Origin: Selaginella moellendorffii
Lineage: Eukaryota > Plantae > Lycopodiophyta
Direction: 5' to 3'
Assembly: GCF_000143415.4 (NCBI RefSeq)
Contig: NW_003314308.1
Coordinates: forward strand, 124,001 to 188,000
Length of the DNA: 64,000 nucleotides
Shown here: positions 24,490-36,780 of the stretch, piece by piece
Layout of the letters: each line of letters opens with the position of its first letter
Numbering within the stretch: the first letter of the stretch is position 1
The notes under the pieces: model-generated
Seen by the model: the letters and a program-made list of their open reading frames with translations, nothing else
What the model was told of the DNA's origin: nothing
Database searches by the model: none
Program-made: the position numbers and the translations under genes

Positions 24490-25985
24490 TTATGAAACAA
24501 TCTCCATTTTACACGTAAACGCTTGCAAATTTTGTTGTGACAGACCTCCATCAGATACTGCATCTTTCGCGGAGATGGCAAGCTTCGTGACATTGTCCCT
24601 CCACATTTGGCCTGCTTCTCCCATGATATCCTTCACTGTCTTTTCAACGATTGTGGCATCTGGACTCGGTGGCAAGCAAGAGCCGATCTTCCAATGCTCC
24701 ACAGCGAGCGCACAGTTAAGTGGCTGCTCGTACAAGAAAGGCCATCCAAGCACGGGGACTCCAGCAACGATCGTCTCCAAAAGAGAATTCCATCCACAAT
24801 GAGTGAGAAACGCACCCACGGAAGGATGCTTGAGAACCTGTGTGGACGACATATTAAGCAAGAAAAAGAGGTAAAAGAAGAAGCTTACCTTGAGTTGAGG
24901 AGCCCAGGAAACAAACTTGCATTTGTCATAACTTGGATCTTCGAAAAGTTTTCGAAGCTCCTCGTTGTCTGATCGTATCACCCAAAGGAAAGGATAATCA
25001 CTTTGCACGAGTCCTGAATAGAGTTGCTTGATATGGTCAGGAGAAGCATTGGCCAGGCTTCCAAAGGAGATGTAGATGACTGATTTGGATGGCTGCTCGT
25101 CCAGCCAGTCGAGGCAGCTCATATCTTCCGTCCAAAAACCACATCTCTCCTGCTCGACTTCGTCCACTCCAACCTGGCTGTCGAATGCAAATGACGGGAG
25201 TAATGGACCGATTGGAACGAACCGTGGATTGTCTCTAGCAAGCTGGTCGAGCTGAGATTTTTCCAACTCGTGGAAAGAGTTTATAAACACCCATGCGTCA
25301 TTTTGTATGATCTGGTTCCTGCTATACCGGATAGAGAAGTCGGGATCTAAGGGGTGGACTTCTTGAATTTGCAAAGTAAAATCCCGTCCAGCAATTGGAG
25401 GGAGGCCGGGTACGAAATCAATGATCCTCGAAGTGCCTAAAAAATAATTTAAAGAAAAAATCAACTCAGACTAGAATAAAAGAAAAACATACCTTTTAGC
25501 GGCAGGAGTCCATTTTCCTTGAGCACAAGAAGACCATTCTCGATGCTAAGCCACGAAGCAGAAAATGTTGAAAGAGTCACCTTGCAAATCCCGAACTGGC
25601 GAGCGACGTCTTGAAGGCTAGTAATTACTACGTCGGTGAGTATGCAAGACACTCGAGGCAGAGAAGGATCTGCCATGACATCTTGAATAATTTCTGGCAC
25701 CGCCAATTTGAGATTTTTCTCCAGAATAGCAGTAAACTCGAGCAGAACCGTAGAGGCGGATATGACTCCTGGAAGCAAAGCATCGGGTAAGTAGACAAAT
25801 CGCAAGTGCTGGCCTGTAGCTCGTTGCTCTGTAGCTATAAAATTCTCCCTTTTGTGTGAGACCAAGAAAGTGATGAAAAATCCACTAGATGCGAGCCTCT
25901 TACAAAGTTGAAGCATAGGATTCATGTGGCCTTGAGCTGGGACTGGAACTGCTAGCAAGTGTGGTCGCTGCTTCATCTCCTCCAT
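24490..25985 (-). CDS. Family-1 UDP-glycosyltransferase, 3 exons
   Basis: PHLLAVPVPAQGHMNPML; PSPG box WAPQLK|VLKHPSVGAFLTHCGWNSLLETIVAGVPVLGWPFLYEQ. Confidence 0.95.
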
Positions 25986-27276
25986 AGCTAGACTCCGATG
26001 GCCACACGTTATTGTTTCTTAGTTGGTAGTACATAAAACTAAGAAAAGACTAGTATTAGTAGTTGGTCATAAGTTTTGAATTACTGCTAGCACAGAGAAA
26101 GACTACCATTGGTAGTTGGTCAGAAGTTTTAGATTTGTTTATGTATAGATATTCTAAGGCATAATAATAAAATTTTGCTGATTATTATTATCAATATTAT
26201 AAAAAATTATATATCTAAGAATAACGTAATAAAGCTAAATATTGTGTTATTATAGTAAGTAGAAACATGTAAAATTTACACAGAAATGAAGGAAAGAATT
26301 ATTAACTACAATTTATTTATCAATTAAAGAAATTTTTTAAAACACTAATGCATCATATTATTTATATAAAATTAAGCATTTTAGATCACAGCCATTGTGA
26401 CTGCAGAGGTTTTTTAACTAATAAATATATGAAATATGTTTTCTTTATTAATTTATTTCATTAACTAAGATTTATAATATGGGTTTGTTTATTTTACTTT
26501 TAAAGATTTTATGGTATTAATTAAACTAATTTGTAAATGATAAAGGAATTGCTTAATTTATATCAAACATACTTCTACATTCCATGGTAGAAGAAACATA
26601 ATTAAACTTAAAAAGCTCAACTAAATGTCCATAAAACTGTTTCATATAACAACAATTAACACCTATTCAATTCATGCAAATTGAAAGTTAAAACATGTTT
26701 TCCCTTTTATGTGGCAAATTTAATTATATATTCAAGGGGCTAAACTGTGCTTGCGACTGAGATAAAGTCAAGATCATGGATTTTTCTTTGTTTTAGACTA
26801 AGTGTGATTAATTAGTTATGGATTAAAAATAATCCTAGGGTTGTGAGGGGGAAATTCTTATTGTGAAGTTAAATAAAGAAGGGTTTAGTAATAAAAAAAG
26901 GCTTAGTGGAAAGCAAAAAGCAAATATGTTCTGATGGAGAGTAATAATAGCACTACTGAAGAGGTTAGTGCTGAAGAAAATGAACTTTTGGATGGTTGTG
27001 ATGACAATTAACATCAAAGTGTGAAGAAGCTTAAATCCCTAAGTAACAGTGGTTTTTCTGTACACACTTGTCTTTGGAGTTTTCCTCCACAATATCATTA
27101 TATATGCCTATGTTTGTTATTTACTAATTTATATACTTATTAGTCCTATCTAGACTATTAACCTCTTTATAAATAAAATAATTAGTATCTAAGTTCAAAA
27201 TATATCATGTAATTTCCAATTCACTATCTTTAAAACAACACATTACATCTAGTTATGCCTACATTGTAATAGTTTT

Positions 27277-27302
27277 TATATATATATATATATATATATA
27301 TA
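27277..27302. repeat. (TA)13 microsatellite
   Basis: Direct reading. Confidence 0.95.
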
Positions 27303-27556
27303 GTTGAGATATAAAGTTATTTATCTTTTTAAATGTTTAATTTACTAGCTATTAAAATCCCACTTATTAATATATAACATCATAGCCATAAACCTCAAAA
27401 CATGTTATAGATGTTGTCTATAATCTCTCTTTTTTACAATGCCAAACTAACGGAGTTGTTTATGTAGCTGGGCTGATTTGATTATCTTCTCAAGTGGTGA
27501 AGCCATTTAGATAGCCCCCAGGGTAGCTCAGATCCCAGCTAATTCAAGTTTGAATT

Positions 27557-29323
27557 TTACATGGAGGCCTTTTGTCTAATCTCTGTGGAGGAGAGATCCA
27601 CACGAAAAACGTTCTCTGGAAGGGACGAAAACATTTCTTTCACTTCTTCTGGAACATTAACATCCAACATTGTCTGCAAAAAGAATGCATCAATAACGAT
27701 CATGGGAACAATAAAAATTTCACCTTGAAAACGCCATCGACGATGCGTCCCGCAACCATGAAATCACACCCGAGTCTCTGTACGTTCAGGAGAACTTCCA
27801 TCATTCTCTCCCTGCTTCCACCATAGTACTTCTCCTGAAGAGATCAATTTTCGTGAAAGTGATGCGAGCAATGATATATAGCTTACATTGACAAGTCTCA
27901 TCGCTGTGTCAACGCCGACGAGAAACGTACTGTCCGGGAGAATTTCCGCTTTCTTGTAGAAGAAAGGCTGGTTGGTCACTATCATAGTCTTTCCTGGTGA
28001 ATTCACAAACATCGTGAGAACAGACCTCCTAGAATTCTCTCTCCATACCTCTTTCCACGAACTGCTTCACTCGCTGCCTGATCTCATGAACTGGAAGCGC
28101 TGGCTTGTCTGCGTTAATTGCTGATAGCTCGAAACACGGACTGCCGCCTTGCACAAGGCTGTAACTTGCGTTAGATCAACAAAAACATTTTCTATCAGGA
28201 AACTTACGTGCATGCCGTGCTCATCAGTGTAAGATGACCTTCGTGCAATGGATTAAAAGCACCGGAAAGAACGACCCTTCTGCCGGTTCTACGATCTTTG
28301 CTATCTGTATCACGACTTATGAAAAAACTAGCACTGAGCAAATTTCGAAGTACCTTCACCAGGATAACGGACCATGCAGACATTTCCATGTATTAGCTGC
28401 TCGAGCTCTTCGTCCTCTGTGTAATTCAGCCTCGACTCTCGAATTTCTTCCTCAGGGGTCTTCAATTCTACCGGTACCGTATTTCCAATCTCACAAACGT
28501 CAGCCATAGCCTGGACATAAATCAAAAGCCTGGGCGAACTGAAAAGCCTGGTCATAAAAATCATAACCTTGATCAGGAGCTGACTGGATAGACAATCCTC
28601 TCCAAAACGATCTCTATATCCCTGGAGATGAGATGAGAACAATCGATAAAATTCGTTGCTGTAAATATACAAGACCTTGTAAAGAGTGAGGTCATATCTC
28701 CAAAGAGATGAATGCGTTCGAGCAGATATGTGGCATCTGGAAAGAAAAAATGAAAATAAAACTCTTCCACGAAGAACACGAAAACAAAGTCACCTGTGAT
28801 CTCCTCGCTTGGGACTCCCAGTCGTCAACGCACCAGTGACTCCAAATCCAGCCACCAGAGTGCCTGCACTGCATTCCAAGAAAAAATCCGCTCACTCGAT
28901 CGAGAAAAAACTCTAGTAGAAATCACACCTGGTAGCGAGAGAGTAAGAGCTCGATTGTAAGCAGCGGTAGCCATCTCATCGGCTACTTCACGACTAGCAT
29001 ATTGCTGTGGAGCCTAAAATCCAAAGATCTTTCTTTGTTAGATCGAAGATATTCTAGCCTACTCTTCCAAGGAGCTGGATCATCGACGCGCGCGTATAGG
29101 GAACTGTGGCTTCCAGCAGCGTCTGTGAAGCTCGCGGCACCGACAGCAGCCACCCGAGCGCCTAGAATCCATAGAAATCCCCGATAGCAATCAAGCTAGG
29201 AATCGATCGATCGATCCACACAATGCGGCTGCTGACCTGCGATGCGCCGCCGGCGAGGTGAAGAACAGCGTGCCTTGGCGAGGCGTGGATCGCCTCGATC
29301 GCCGCCTTCATGGCCGAGTCCAT
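27557..29323 (-). CDS. Plant nucleotidyltransferase-superfamily protein (CinA-like N-terminus + HxGH cytidylyltransferase-like domain), multi-exon
   Basis: MDSAMKAAIEAIHASPRHAVLHLAGGASQ|ALGWLLSVPRASQTLLEATVPY; VVLSGAFNPLHEGH; FELSAINADKP; NQPFFYKKAE; VGVDTAMRLVNEKYY; DLSSTEIR. Confidence 0.88.
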
Positions 29324-29356
29324 CGAATTGGAAGAACCCTAAAATATTTCACTATC

Positions 29357-29645
29357 ATGAGCAGGCCAAGGCCCGTCGTCAAGCTCGGATGCTCCGGCAA
29401 GTACTACATCACTCCTGATCCGATCGCGCAATCCTGGGACGCTCTCGGGCCGATGATCCCGTCCCAGGAGCATCGGCTATCAACAAACAGTCAGCTCCTT
29501 CGCTGGCACGGAAATATTTCGGCAGGATCGCTTGCGGCAGGAGATGGAGGCCGAGATCAATCGCCTCCAGATCGTGAGCAGCTCGCCAGAGCTCGTGCAA
29601 GGCTTGCTTTGCGATAGAGACGATGGTGATAATGTCACTGGAGAG
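29357..29645 (+). pseudogene. Deletion-riddled remnant of the UFL1 5' end
   Basis: Blocks match the intact UFL1 at ~41604-41730, 41766-41821, 41894-41935 and 42297-42343 (e.g. gaaatatttcggcaggatcgcttgcggcaggagatggaggccgagatcaatcgcct). Confidence 0.88.
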
Positions 29646-29939
29646 AAGAAAGAAAGAAGGAAAGCTCGAGAAGAACCAAGATGACGAAAATGGAAGAAAG
29701 CTCGCAGTAAGAGATCAAGGCCGCGAGCTTCCAGCCGCGAGTGGAAGGAATGGTAGCATCCCTCCGGATGTGGAAGTGATCTACGTCCCGCACGAGATCA
29801 AGAACAAGGACTCGGGCCTGAAAATCGGCCGGAGCTTGGTCAGGAACTAGACTAGGCAGAGTGTGGAGATTTTTCTCGTCTAGAATGTGAGCTTCTTTCC
29901 TTCTATACTGGTTTTGTAATATTCTATCTATCTTGTATT

Positions 29940-31613
29940 GTTCTTGCCTGGGTTTTCGGGCAATGTACGCGGAGTGTGGCTCCATGGTGGAGCTCATCGC
30001 GTGTTTGAGAGGATCCGGGAGCACGATCTAGTGTCGTGGAATACCATTATCCTGGGCTATGCGGAGAATGGAGAGTGTGGTGAGGCCTTGGAACTTTTCT
30101 CTCGCATGGAGGGCGTCGAGGGCCTTGCTCCGAATCGAGTGACTTTCCTGGCAGCGATCAAAGCCTGCGCTCGGTTTGCTGCGAGAGAAGAAGGGAGGAA
30201 AGTTGGAGGAAAGCTTGTCAAGCTTGTAGCGCTAGAGCCTGGACGACGGCAATGATCACGGGCTATCAGGAAAACGACGAGAGCAGCATTGCTCTGGAAC
30301 TCTACTCGTGTCTCTGCCTTTAAGCAAGAACTCCGGCTTGCGAGCCTCGTTTCTTATTGGAGCACTAGCACAGGCCTTGAGAACCGCAACGTAGCTTCGA
30401 GCGTCTGGTACAATCCTGTCCCTTGTTTGCATGCGGCCGAAGAGCTCGAGAGCTGATTCTCCGTCCCCGTTCTCGGCATAGCCGAGAATCCACAGCACCA
30501 AGTTGCGACCCTTGATCCTGTCGAAAGCTTGACGACCATACTCGATGTTCCCACACTTTGCGAAGGCGTCCACCAGGCTGCTTGCCACGAAAATGTCTTG
30601 GTCGAATCCAGCATTTGCAGCTAGAGAGTGTATAGCTTTCACTCTCTCGAAACAACAGCCTTGATAGCTTTCCCTTCCACCTGTTCGCCGTCCACGCTTA
30701 AACAGGCCTTTAGTGCTGCACGCGATCTGGAGTCCACCCTTGTTCTTGGATTCTCCAAACAGCTCAAGAGCAGCTTCACCTCGTTCTCGGCATAGCTTTG
30801 AATCAGTGCACTCCACAAAGCTACGTCTCGCGTCAGCATCTTGTCAAACACTCGCTGAGAATCCCACACTGCGAGTAGACGAAGATCAAACTGTTCGCCA
30901 GGAAGTGATCCAACATGCAACCGCACTTCATTGCCTCCGAGTGAAGCTCCAAGCACGTAAGTTTCACCATCTTTCCACCGATTTCTTTTAAACTGTCCGT
31001 TGTATCCGCTGTACAAGCCGCACAAGCTTTTACGGTCGCAAGGAAAGTAACTCGATTCGGCATGACTTTGCATCCCCACAAATAACTCCAAATCCAGCCC
31101 GCCTTCACCATTCACGGCATAAGCTAGAATCATCGCGTTCTAGGACACCAAAGTAGGCTGAATCAAGACTCCGTTGGCGTCGACTAAACTTCCACAACCG
31201 GCGGACATAGCGATCAGCGTGTTGGCCACCGAAGAACCGAATCCACACCCACCTCGACCAGCCAGAGAGTGTATTGCTAAAACCTTCTCTCCAGGCACTG
31301 AACCTTCACAGCTCTCCCGTCTATCTTTTCGCCTCTCTCCTTCTCTGCCAGGTCCGAGCAAAGTTACCAAGTCGGGAACACAGCCATCTTCTTCGCTTTG
31401 CATGCTCGAGAAAACGTCAAAGCCGACTGCCCGTCACCAACCCATCCTGTCAAACATGGCCCAAGCGTCCACCATGCTTCCATGCGTACATATCCACCAG
31501 AGTGCTGGCCACGAATATGTCCGAGTTTAACCCACTCCTCACAGCTCGAGCGTGAACCTCTCGTCCAGGCTCTAGCGCTACGAGCTTGACAAGCTTTCCT
31601 CCAACTTTCCTCC
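29940..31613. pseudogene. PLS-class PPR gene fragments in both orientations
   Basis: AHRVFERIREHDLVSWNTIILGYAENGECGEALELF..PNRVTFLAAIKACA (+); DIFVASSLVDAFAKCG, FLANSLIFVYSQCG (-). Frameshifted. Confidence 0.9.
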
Positions 31614-31620
31614 AACTTGT

Positions 31621-32892
31621 GGGCCGTGCAGATTTGGCTAAAGTTCCCGAGGTGAAAGAACGCGTAGAGAAAATGCAGAAACATGTCGAGACTCAAAGTG
31701 AGACAGCAACGGGGTTAGCTTTCGATCTTAAGGTACTTAACCAGGCGCTCGAGCAACAGGTGCAGGACGACTTTGAGCGTGCTCCAGAATATTACAAATG
31801 GTTCGGAGGCGTTGTGTGCTTGCTTTGGTCTGATGACTTCCAGAGATTGAACCCGGAAGAATTCGTGAGAGACTCGTTGTCTAGGACGGACCTCGGCCAG
31901 CTATTGGAGTGCTTCAAACAGAAAGCTCAAGGGCAGAAAATATCTTGGGCTCTATTACCTTTCAGGAAGCCGGCTGCGAGCTCTTCATTCCGTTGCGAGC
32001 TCTTCATTGTTGCTGCAGGTCGATGATAAGCACTGTAGCAAATGTAAATCGCGTGAAGATCCTTCCCGAGGGAAATACCGAGGAAAGTGGATTGTATGCG
32101 ATGTTTGCCAACAGTGCTACCACTTTAGCTGTACCAGAGTTACTAAGAAGCAGGAGCTGGAAGTATTTTGGCAGTGTTCGTCCTGTAAGAGCATGAAAAG
32201 AGAAGAGCATTTGGAACCAAGGCGGCTGTTGCGATATTACGAAGGAGATCTGAAAGCTGCTCTACTGGAGGCCGGTGAGTTAGCGCTGACATCAGTTAAC
32301 ATTGGTTGGCTAATTGCGAATGACGGCAGGTGCTGATGTTATCCAGTATGTTTGGAGGCCATTGATCAAGAATGATGGGGCTGTGGACTACACTATTCTT
32401 CCTAGGACGCTGGCGCAACCAACTATAGCACCACGCCATCCAGTATCGGCGGAAGCTCTTAAAACACATCTCAGTGCTCTTCGTGCATGGAACGATATCT
32501 ATGGCGGGACTAGTAAGCCGGATGAGTTTGTACTCTGCTTCTTCCTGGCGGAATCGAACTATGGCGGGTTCGGCTTCCAGAGCTACCGCGACAAGTCCCG
32601 TAGGGTAGCTAAACAAGCTGTGAAAGGTTCGTTATATATGCGTTTCATAGCTGCTCATACTTATGGAATGAACAATGCAGGTATTCGCCAGTGCAAAGTG
32701 TTGCTGCGGTACACTGCACCCGTTCCATGTGCAGAGGAAATGGAGATTCCCAAGGGTGTCGAGATGGTCAATGACATCGAGGGGTGCAAGTTTGACGGTG
32801 AAGTGTGTAAACCTAATTATTTTGATCCTGTGGAGGCCGTCCTTCGATACGAGGAGGTGAGTGTGAACAAGAAGCGGAAGTTTGCTTTCTGA
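31621..32892 (+). pseudogene. 5'-truncated copy of the Crinkler-type NTPase/PHD/REase gene
   Basis: Begins mid-NTPase (GRADLAKVPEV) and lacks Walker A and the GFVFEE segment. The PHD exon and last exon remain open. Confidence 0.85.
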
Positions 32893-34146
32893 ATCCGTCT
32901 TGGAGAGTTTTTGTGTCTGTACTATCGCAAACTTTAGTGCCAAAGCAGAAAAGACTAGCATAGGGTGCTATTGCTCCAGATCGTCAGAAAGTCTCGATGG
33001 AGAAAGGTAGGCTGCCTTTTTCCTGTGACAAAAAAGAAAAGCCAGCGTTGTTATGGAGCATTCCTGCTAGCAATTTCCAGGATTTTTTCTTTTTTTCTTT
33101 TTTTTTTTCCATGAGATAGCTGAAAATTGAACAGAAAGCTTCCTCCGTAGCAACACTTCACCTCGGGTTCTAAACACAAACCGAGTGGAACAATTTCTCC
33201 TCCTCTCGAGCGCCAAATTGTGAGCTTCACAGACCCGTAGTAAGAAACGTTCTGAACTGTATTAGACATCATCTTCTATTGTATTTATAGTTATAATAAA
33301 ATATTATACTATTATTATATCATTTAAATGCCTGTTAATTTTTAAATTCCAAAATTAAAATATTTTTAATTTAAGAGTAATTTTGACAACGTTTTTATTT
33401 TTAAATGAGTTATAAAATGTAAAAAAATTGGCATGTTTTCATGTATTTTCTTACCAATTCTAATGACTATTGAAACACTGAGAACTGAAACCAATATTTG
33501 CGAGATTGAGTAATGAAATTATATACAAAGTGGTTCACACTAACTTATGGAGCATATTCTATGTTTCTACACGTTAAAGGTTAAAAAAATTGACTCTATT
33601 GCGTTATTTATGTTTGTTCATATATTGCACCCTTAGAAAAGACTGCTTCGCCTTGAAGCTTTAAGAATCTCATCACTAGCTTTTGATGATGCATAAGTAT
33701 TCTTGGCTTGGCTACCCAGTAGCTGCTCCAATTAGCCATCCAGCAGATGCCCTTTAACACTAAGACCTCCTCTCTGCATGTTTACAATCCATGTTAAATC
33801 AGCATTAAAATGTGTACAAAAGTGGTAGCAATGTTCTTATGCTTTCAAGAAGATAAACCGGAGCCTTACCGGGGGACCACTACCAAAAGGCTGTAATAGG
33901 CTTGAATTGCCAAGAAGAGGAGAATTTTATTAGCAAATGGGATTGCAAGACTAAGAAAGTTATAACCAAGTTTGTGAGATATACATGCAGATGCAAAGCT
34001 TCTTGAAGAGGAGCCATGTGTTTATCAAAACAAGGTCCAATTTCTTGCGTATTTTGTGATTGCTATGAACCCATGTGATTATCTGGTAAATTTTTAATTC
34101 CATAATGCAAGTTTTCATTTTTGTCTTTTTCTCACTTTTATTGAGT

Positions 34147-34866
34147 TTAATCCCTTTGCCATTCCTTAATCACAGGTTCGTACGCCTCCGCCACGTCTAC
34201 CGTACACGACTTGATCCACACGTTGCAAATCGGGCACTTTTTCTGGATCGTCGCCATTTGCACTGCGCACTCCTCACACATGAGATGGTGGCACGGCAGC
34301 AGCGCTTTCGTTCTCGGCCCCTCCCCACAGACACTACACTTGGGATCCATCAACGTACTTATCCTGTAGCTCGCATACGGCTTTGGCACCGTACAGCGTA
34401 CGACGAGCTGCCACCCTTCCGCCATAGCCGTGACCTTGGCCCCGAGCACGTACTTGATGGGAGGGAAGCCGTCTCTCACCGCTTCCAGAACGAGCCTTCC
34501 TTTGAAATTGCCCAAATCTGCACGGATCGTCGTGAGGATGAGATCCACTGGGGAGCCCAAGTCGAAAAGCCAGCTCCTGCCCATGCCCAAGACCGTGACC
34601 TTGGGATACTGGGGTGACGAGATTTGGAAAGAGTTGGCCGAAAGATTGTTGATGTCTTGTTGTTGTTGCTGCTGCCAGACGTTTGCTGCTAAAGGGAAGT
34701 TGTTTGAGGCGCTATTGAAGAAGAGGCGGGGGCTGTTGTGAAAAACTGGATTGCCGCTATTGTAGCCCAAGGAAGCCAAGGTCGCCTTAACTTCTTCAAA
34801 GAGAGCTGGTGGGAGGCCCGGAGGACACACTGTGTTCGCAGCACCGTTGCACCGAGAAAACGCCAT
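34147..34866 (-). CDS. Intronless C3HC4 RING-finger protein (copy 1)
   Basis: CSVC..ALLPCHHLMCEEC..KKCPIC. Intact 239-aa ORF with TATA-like TATAAAA upstream. Confidence 0.85.
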   Translation of the reverse strand: MAFSRCNGAANTVCPPGLPPALFEEVKATLASLGYNSGNPVFHNSPRLFFNSASNNFPLAANVWQQQQQQDINNLSANSFQISSPQYPKVTVLGMGRSWLFDLGSPVDLILTTIRADLGNFKGRLVLEAVRDGFPPIKYVLGAKVTAMAEGWQLVVRCTVPKPYASYRISTLMDPKCSVCGEGPRTKALLPCHHLMCEECAVQMATIQKKCPICNVWIKSCTVDVAEAYEPVIKEWQRD

Positions 34867-35169
34867 TGGAAATGAGTGAATACCTAGAAAGCTCTCGCCC
34901 CTGTTTTTATAATGCTGCTTACCTTTTCCCTAATCTTTAACTTAAATCAAAATTAGTGTTTATTTACATTTTCCTTTAATGTTGTGATTAACTTTGTTTG
35001 CTCGATTTCTTCGCAACTAGTCTCCTAGATTTTGCTATCATTTCTTCGCTAACACTGGGGAACACCAGGTTGATGATTTGTTTATTTTTGTTCAATCATT
35101 CTATCTCAGGTAGCATCGCTTGAAAAAATGTATAAATATTGGTTCTAGAACCTCCCTGCAGCCGCATAG

Positions 35170-36780
35170 ATAGTCAAACTCCATATTCTTCCACTTCACA
35201 CACGCCGCCAGCACCGCCATCCAAATCGTCTTGAAGAGCTCTCTGCCTCGTTCGACAAGTCCGGCATGGCTGCAAGCCGTGAGAACCGAGAGGAAAGTCA
35301 CAGCATCCGGCTTGCTTCTTGAACGATTCAAACACCTTGCCGGTGTTTCCTTGATGGCTGTATCCTGCTGTCAGTGCGTTCCAAGTTACCGAGCTCGAGA
35401 GTGGCAAACTCTCGCTCGGCTGCCACCATGCTGCCGCACTTGCCGTAGAAATCCACCAAAGGGTCCGTGTCGAGTCGAGCGCTGCGGATCTTTTCTCTGC
35501 CGGTTGCCATAGCTGCGAGGCTTCCACAGGCCTTGTTCGTCGCGAGCTGCCTGGTGGACATGTACGTCAAGTGTGGCAGCCCGGAAGAAGCTCGCCAGAT
35601 TTTCGACAGGGCGAAGCACCGAGACACAGTTTCCTGGACGGCACTGATCACGGGCTATCAGGAAAACGGCGAGAGCAGCATTGCTCTGGACCTCTGGCCG
35701 CTGCTCTCCAGACTGCGTCACCTTTGTCGCTGTTCTCTCAAGCCCGCTGTTCATAGCTCTGGAGTGGATGTCTCTGCCTTTAAGCAAGAACTCCGGCTTG
35801 CGAGCCTCGTTTCTTATTGGAGCACTAGCACAGCTTGAGAACCGCAACGTAGCTTCGAGCGTCTGGTACAATCCTGTCCCTTGTTTGCATGCGGCCGAAG
35901 AGCTCGAGAGCTGATTCTCCGTCCCCGTTCTCGGCATAGCCGAGAATCATAATGTTCCACAGCACCAAGTTGCGACCCTTGATCCTGTCGAAAGCTCGAC
36001 GACCATACTTGATGTTCCCACACTTTGCGTAGGCGTCCACCAGGCTGCTCTCCACGAAAATGTCTTGGTCGAATCCAGCATTTGCAGCTAGAGAGTGTAT
36101 AGCTTTCACTCTCTCGAAACAACAAGCCTTGATAGCTTTCCCTTCCACCTGTCCGCCGTCCACCTTTGCTACCACCCTTAAACAGGCCTTTAGCGCTGCA
36201 AGATAAGTCACGGTCCACCCTTGTTCTTGCATTCTCCAAACAGCTCAAGAGCAGCTTCACCTCGTTCTCAGCATAGCTTTGAACCAGTGCACTCCAGGAA
36301 GCTACGTCTCGCGTCGGCATCTTGTCAAACATTCGCTGAGAATCCCACACTGCGAGTAGACGAAGATCAAACTGTTCGCCAGGAAGTGATCCAACATGCA
36401 ACCGCACTTCATTGCCTCCGAGTGAAGCTCCAAGCAAGTAAGTTTCACCATCTTTCCACCGATTTCCTTTAGACTGTCCGTTGTATCCGCTGTACAAGCC
36501 GCACAAGCTTTTACGGTCGCAAGGAAAGTAACTCGATTTGGCATGACTTTGCATCCCCACAAATAACTCCAAATCCAGCCCGCCTTCACCATTCACGGCA
36601 TAAGCTAGAATCATCGCGTTCTAGGACACCAAAGTAGGCTGGATCAAGACTCCGTTGGCGTCGACTAAACTTCCACAACCGGCCATGCCGGACAGGTCGA
36701 ACGAGGCAGAGAGCTCTTCAAGACGATTTGGATGGCGGTGCTGGCGGCGTGTGTGAAGTGGAAGAATATGGAGTTTGACT
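35170..36780. pseudogene. PLS-class PPR fragments forming the inverted-repeat spacer; 35633-36683 is a direct duplicate of 30238-31202
   Basis: [22 protein letters not shown]; LFVASCLVDMYVKCGSPEEARQIFD; SSLVDAYAKCG. Near-identity to 30.2-31.2 kb. Confidence 0.9.

Larger units (their letters stand above)
31621..35270. repeat. Left arm of ~3.7 kb inverted repeat (partner 36682-40549)
   Basis: Reverse complement of the right arm throughout, with mirrored ORFs (34147..34866/37074..37793 and 32314..32892/39043..39621). A ~230-bp deletion lies near 31995. Confidence 0.95.
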
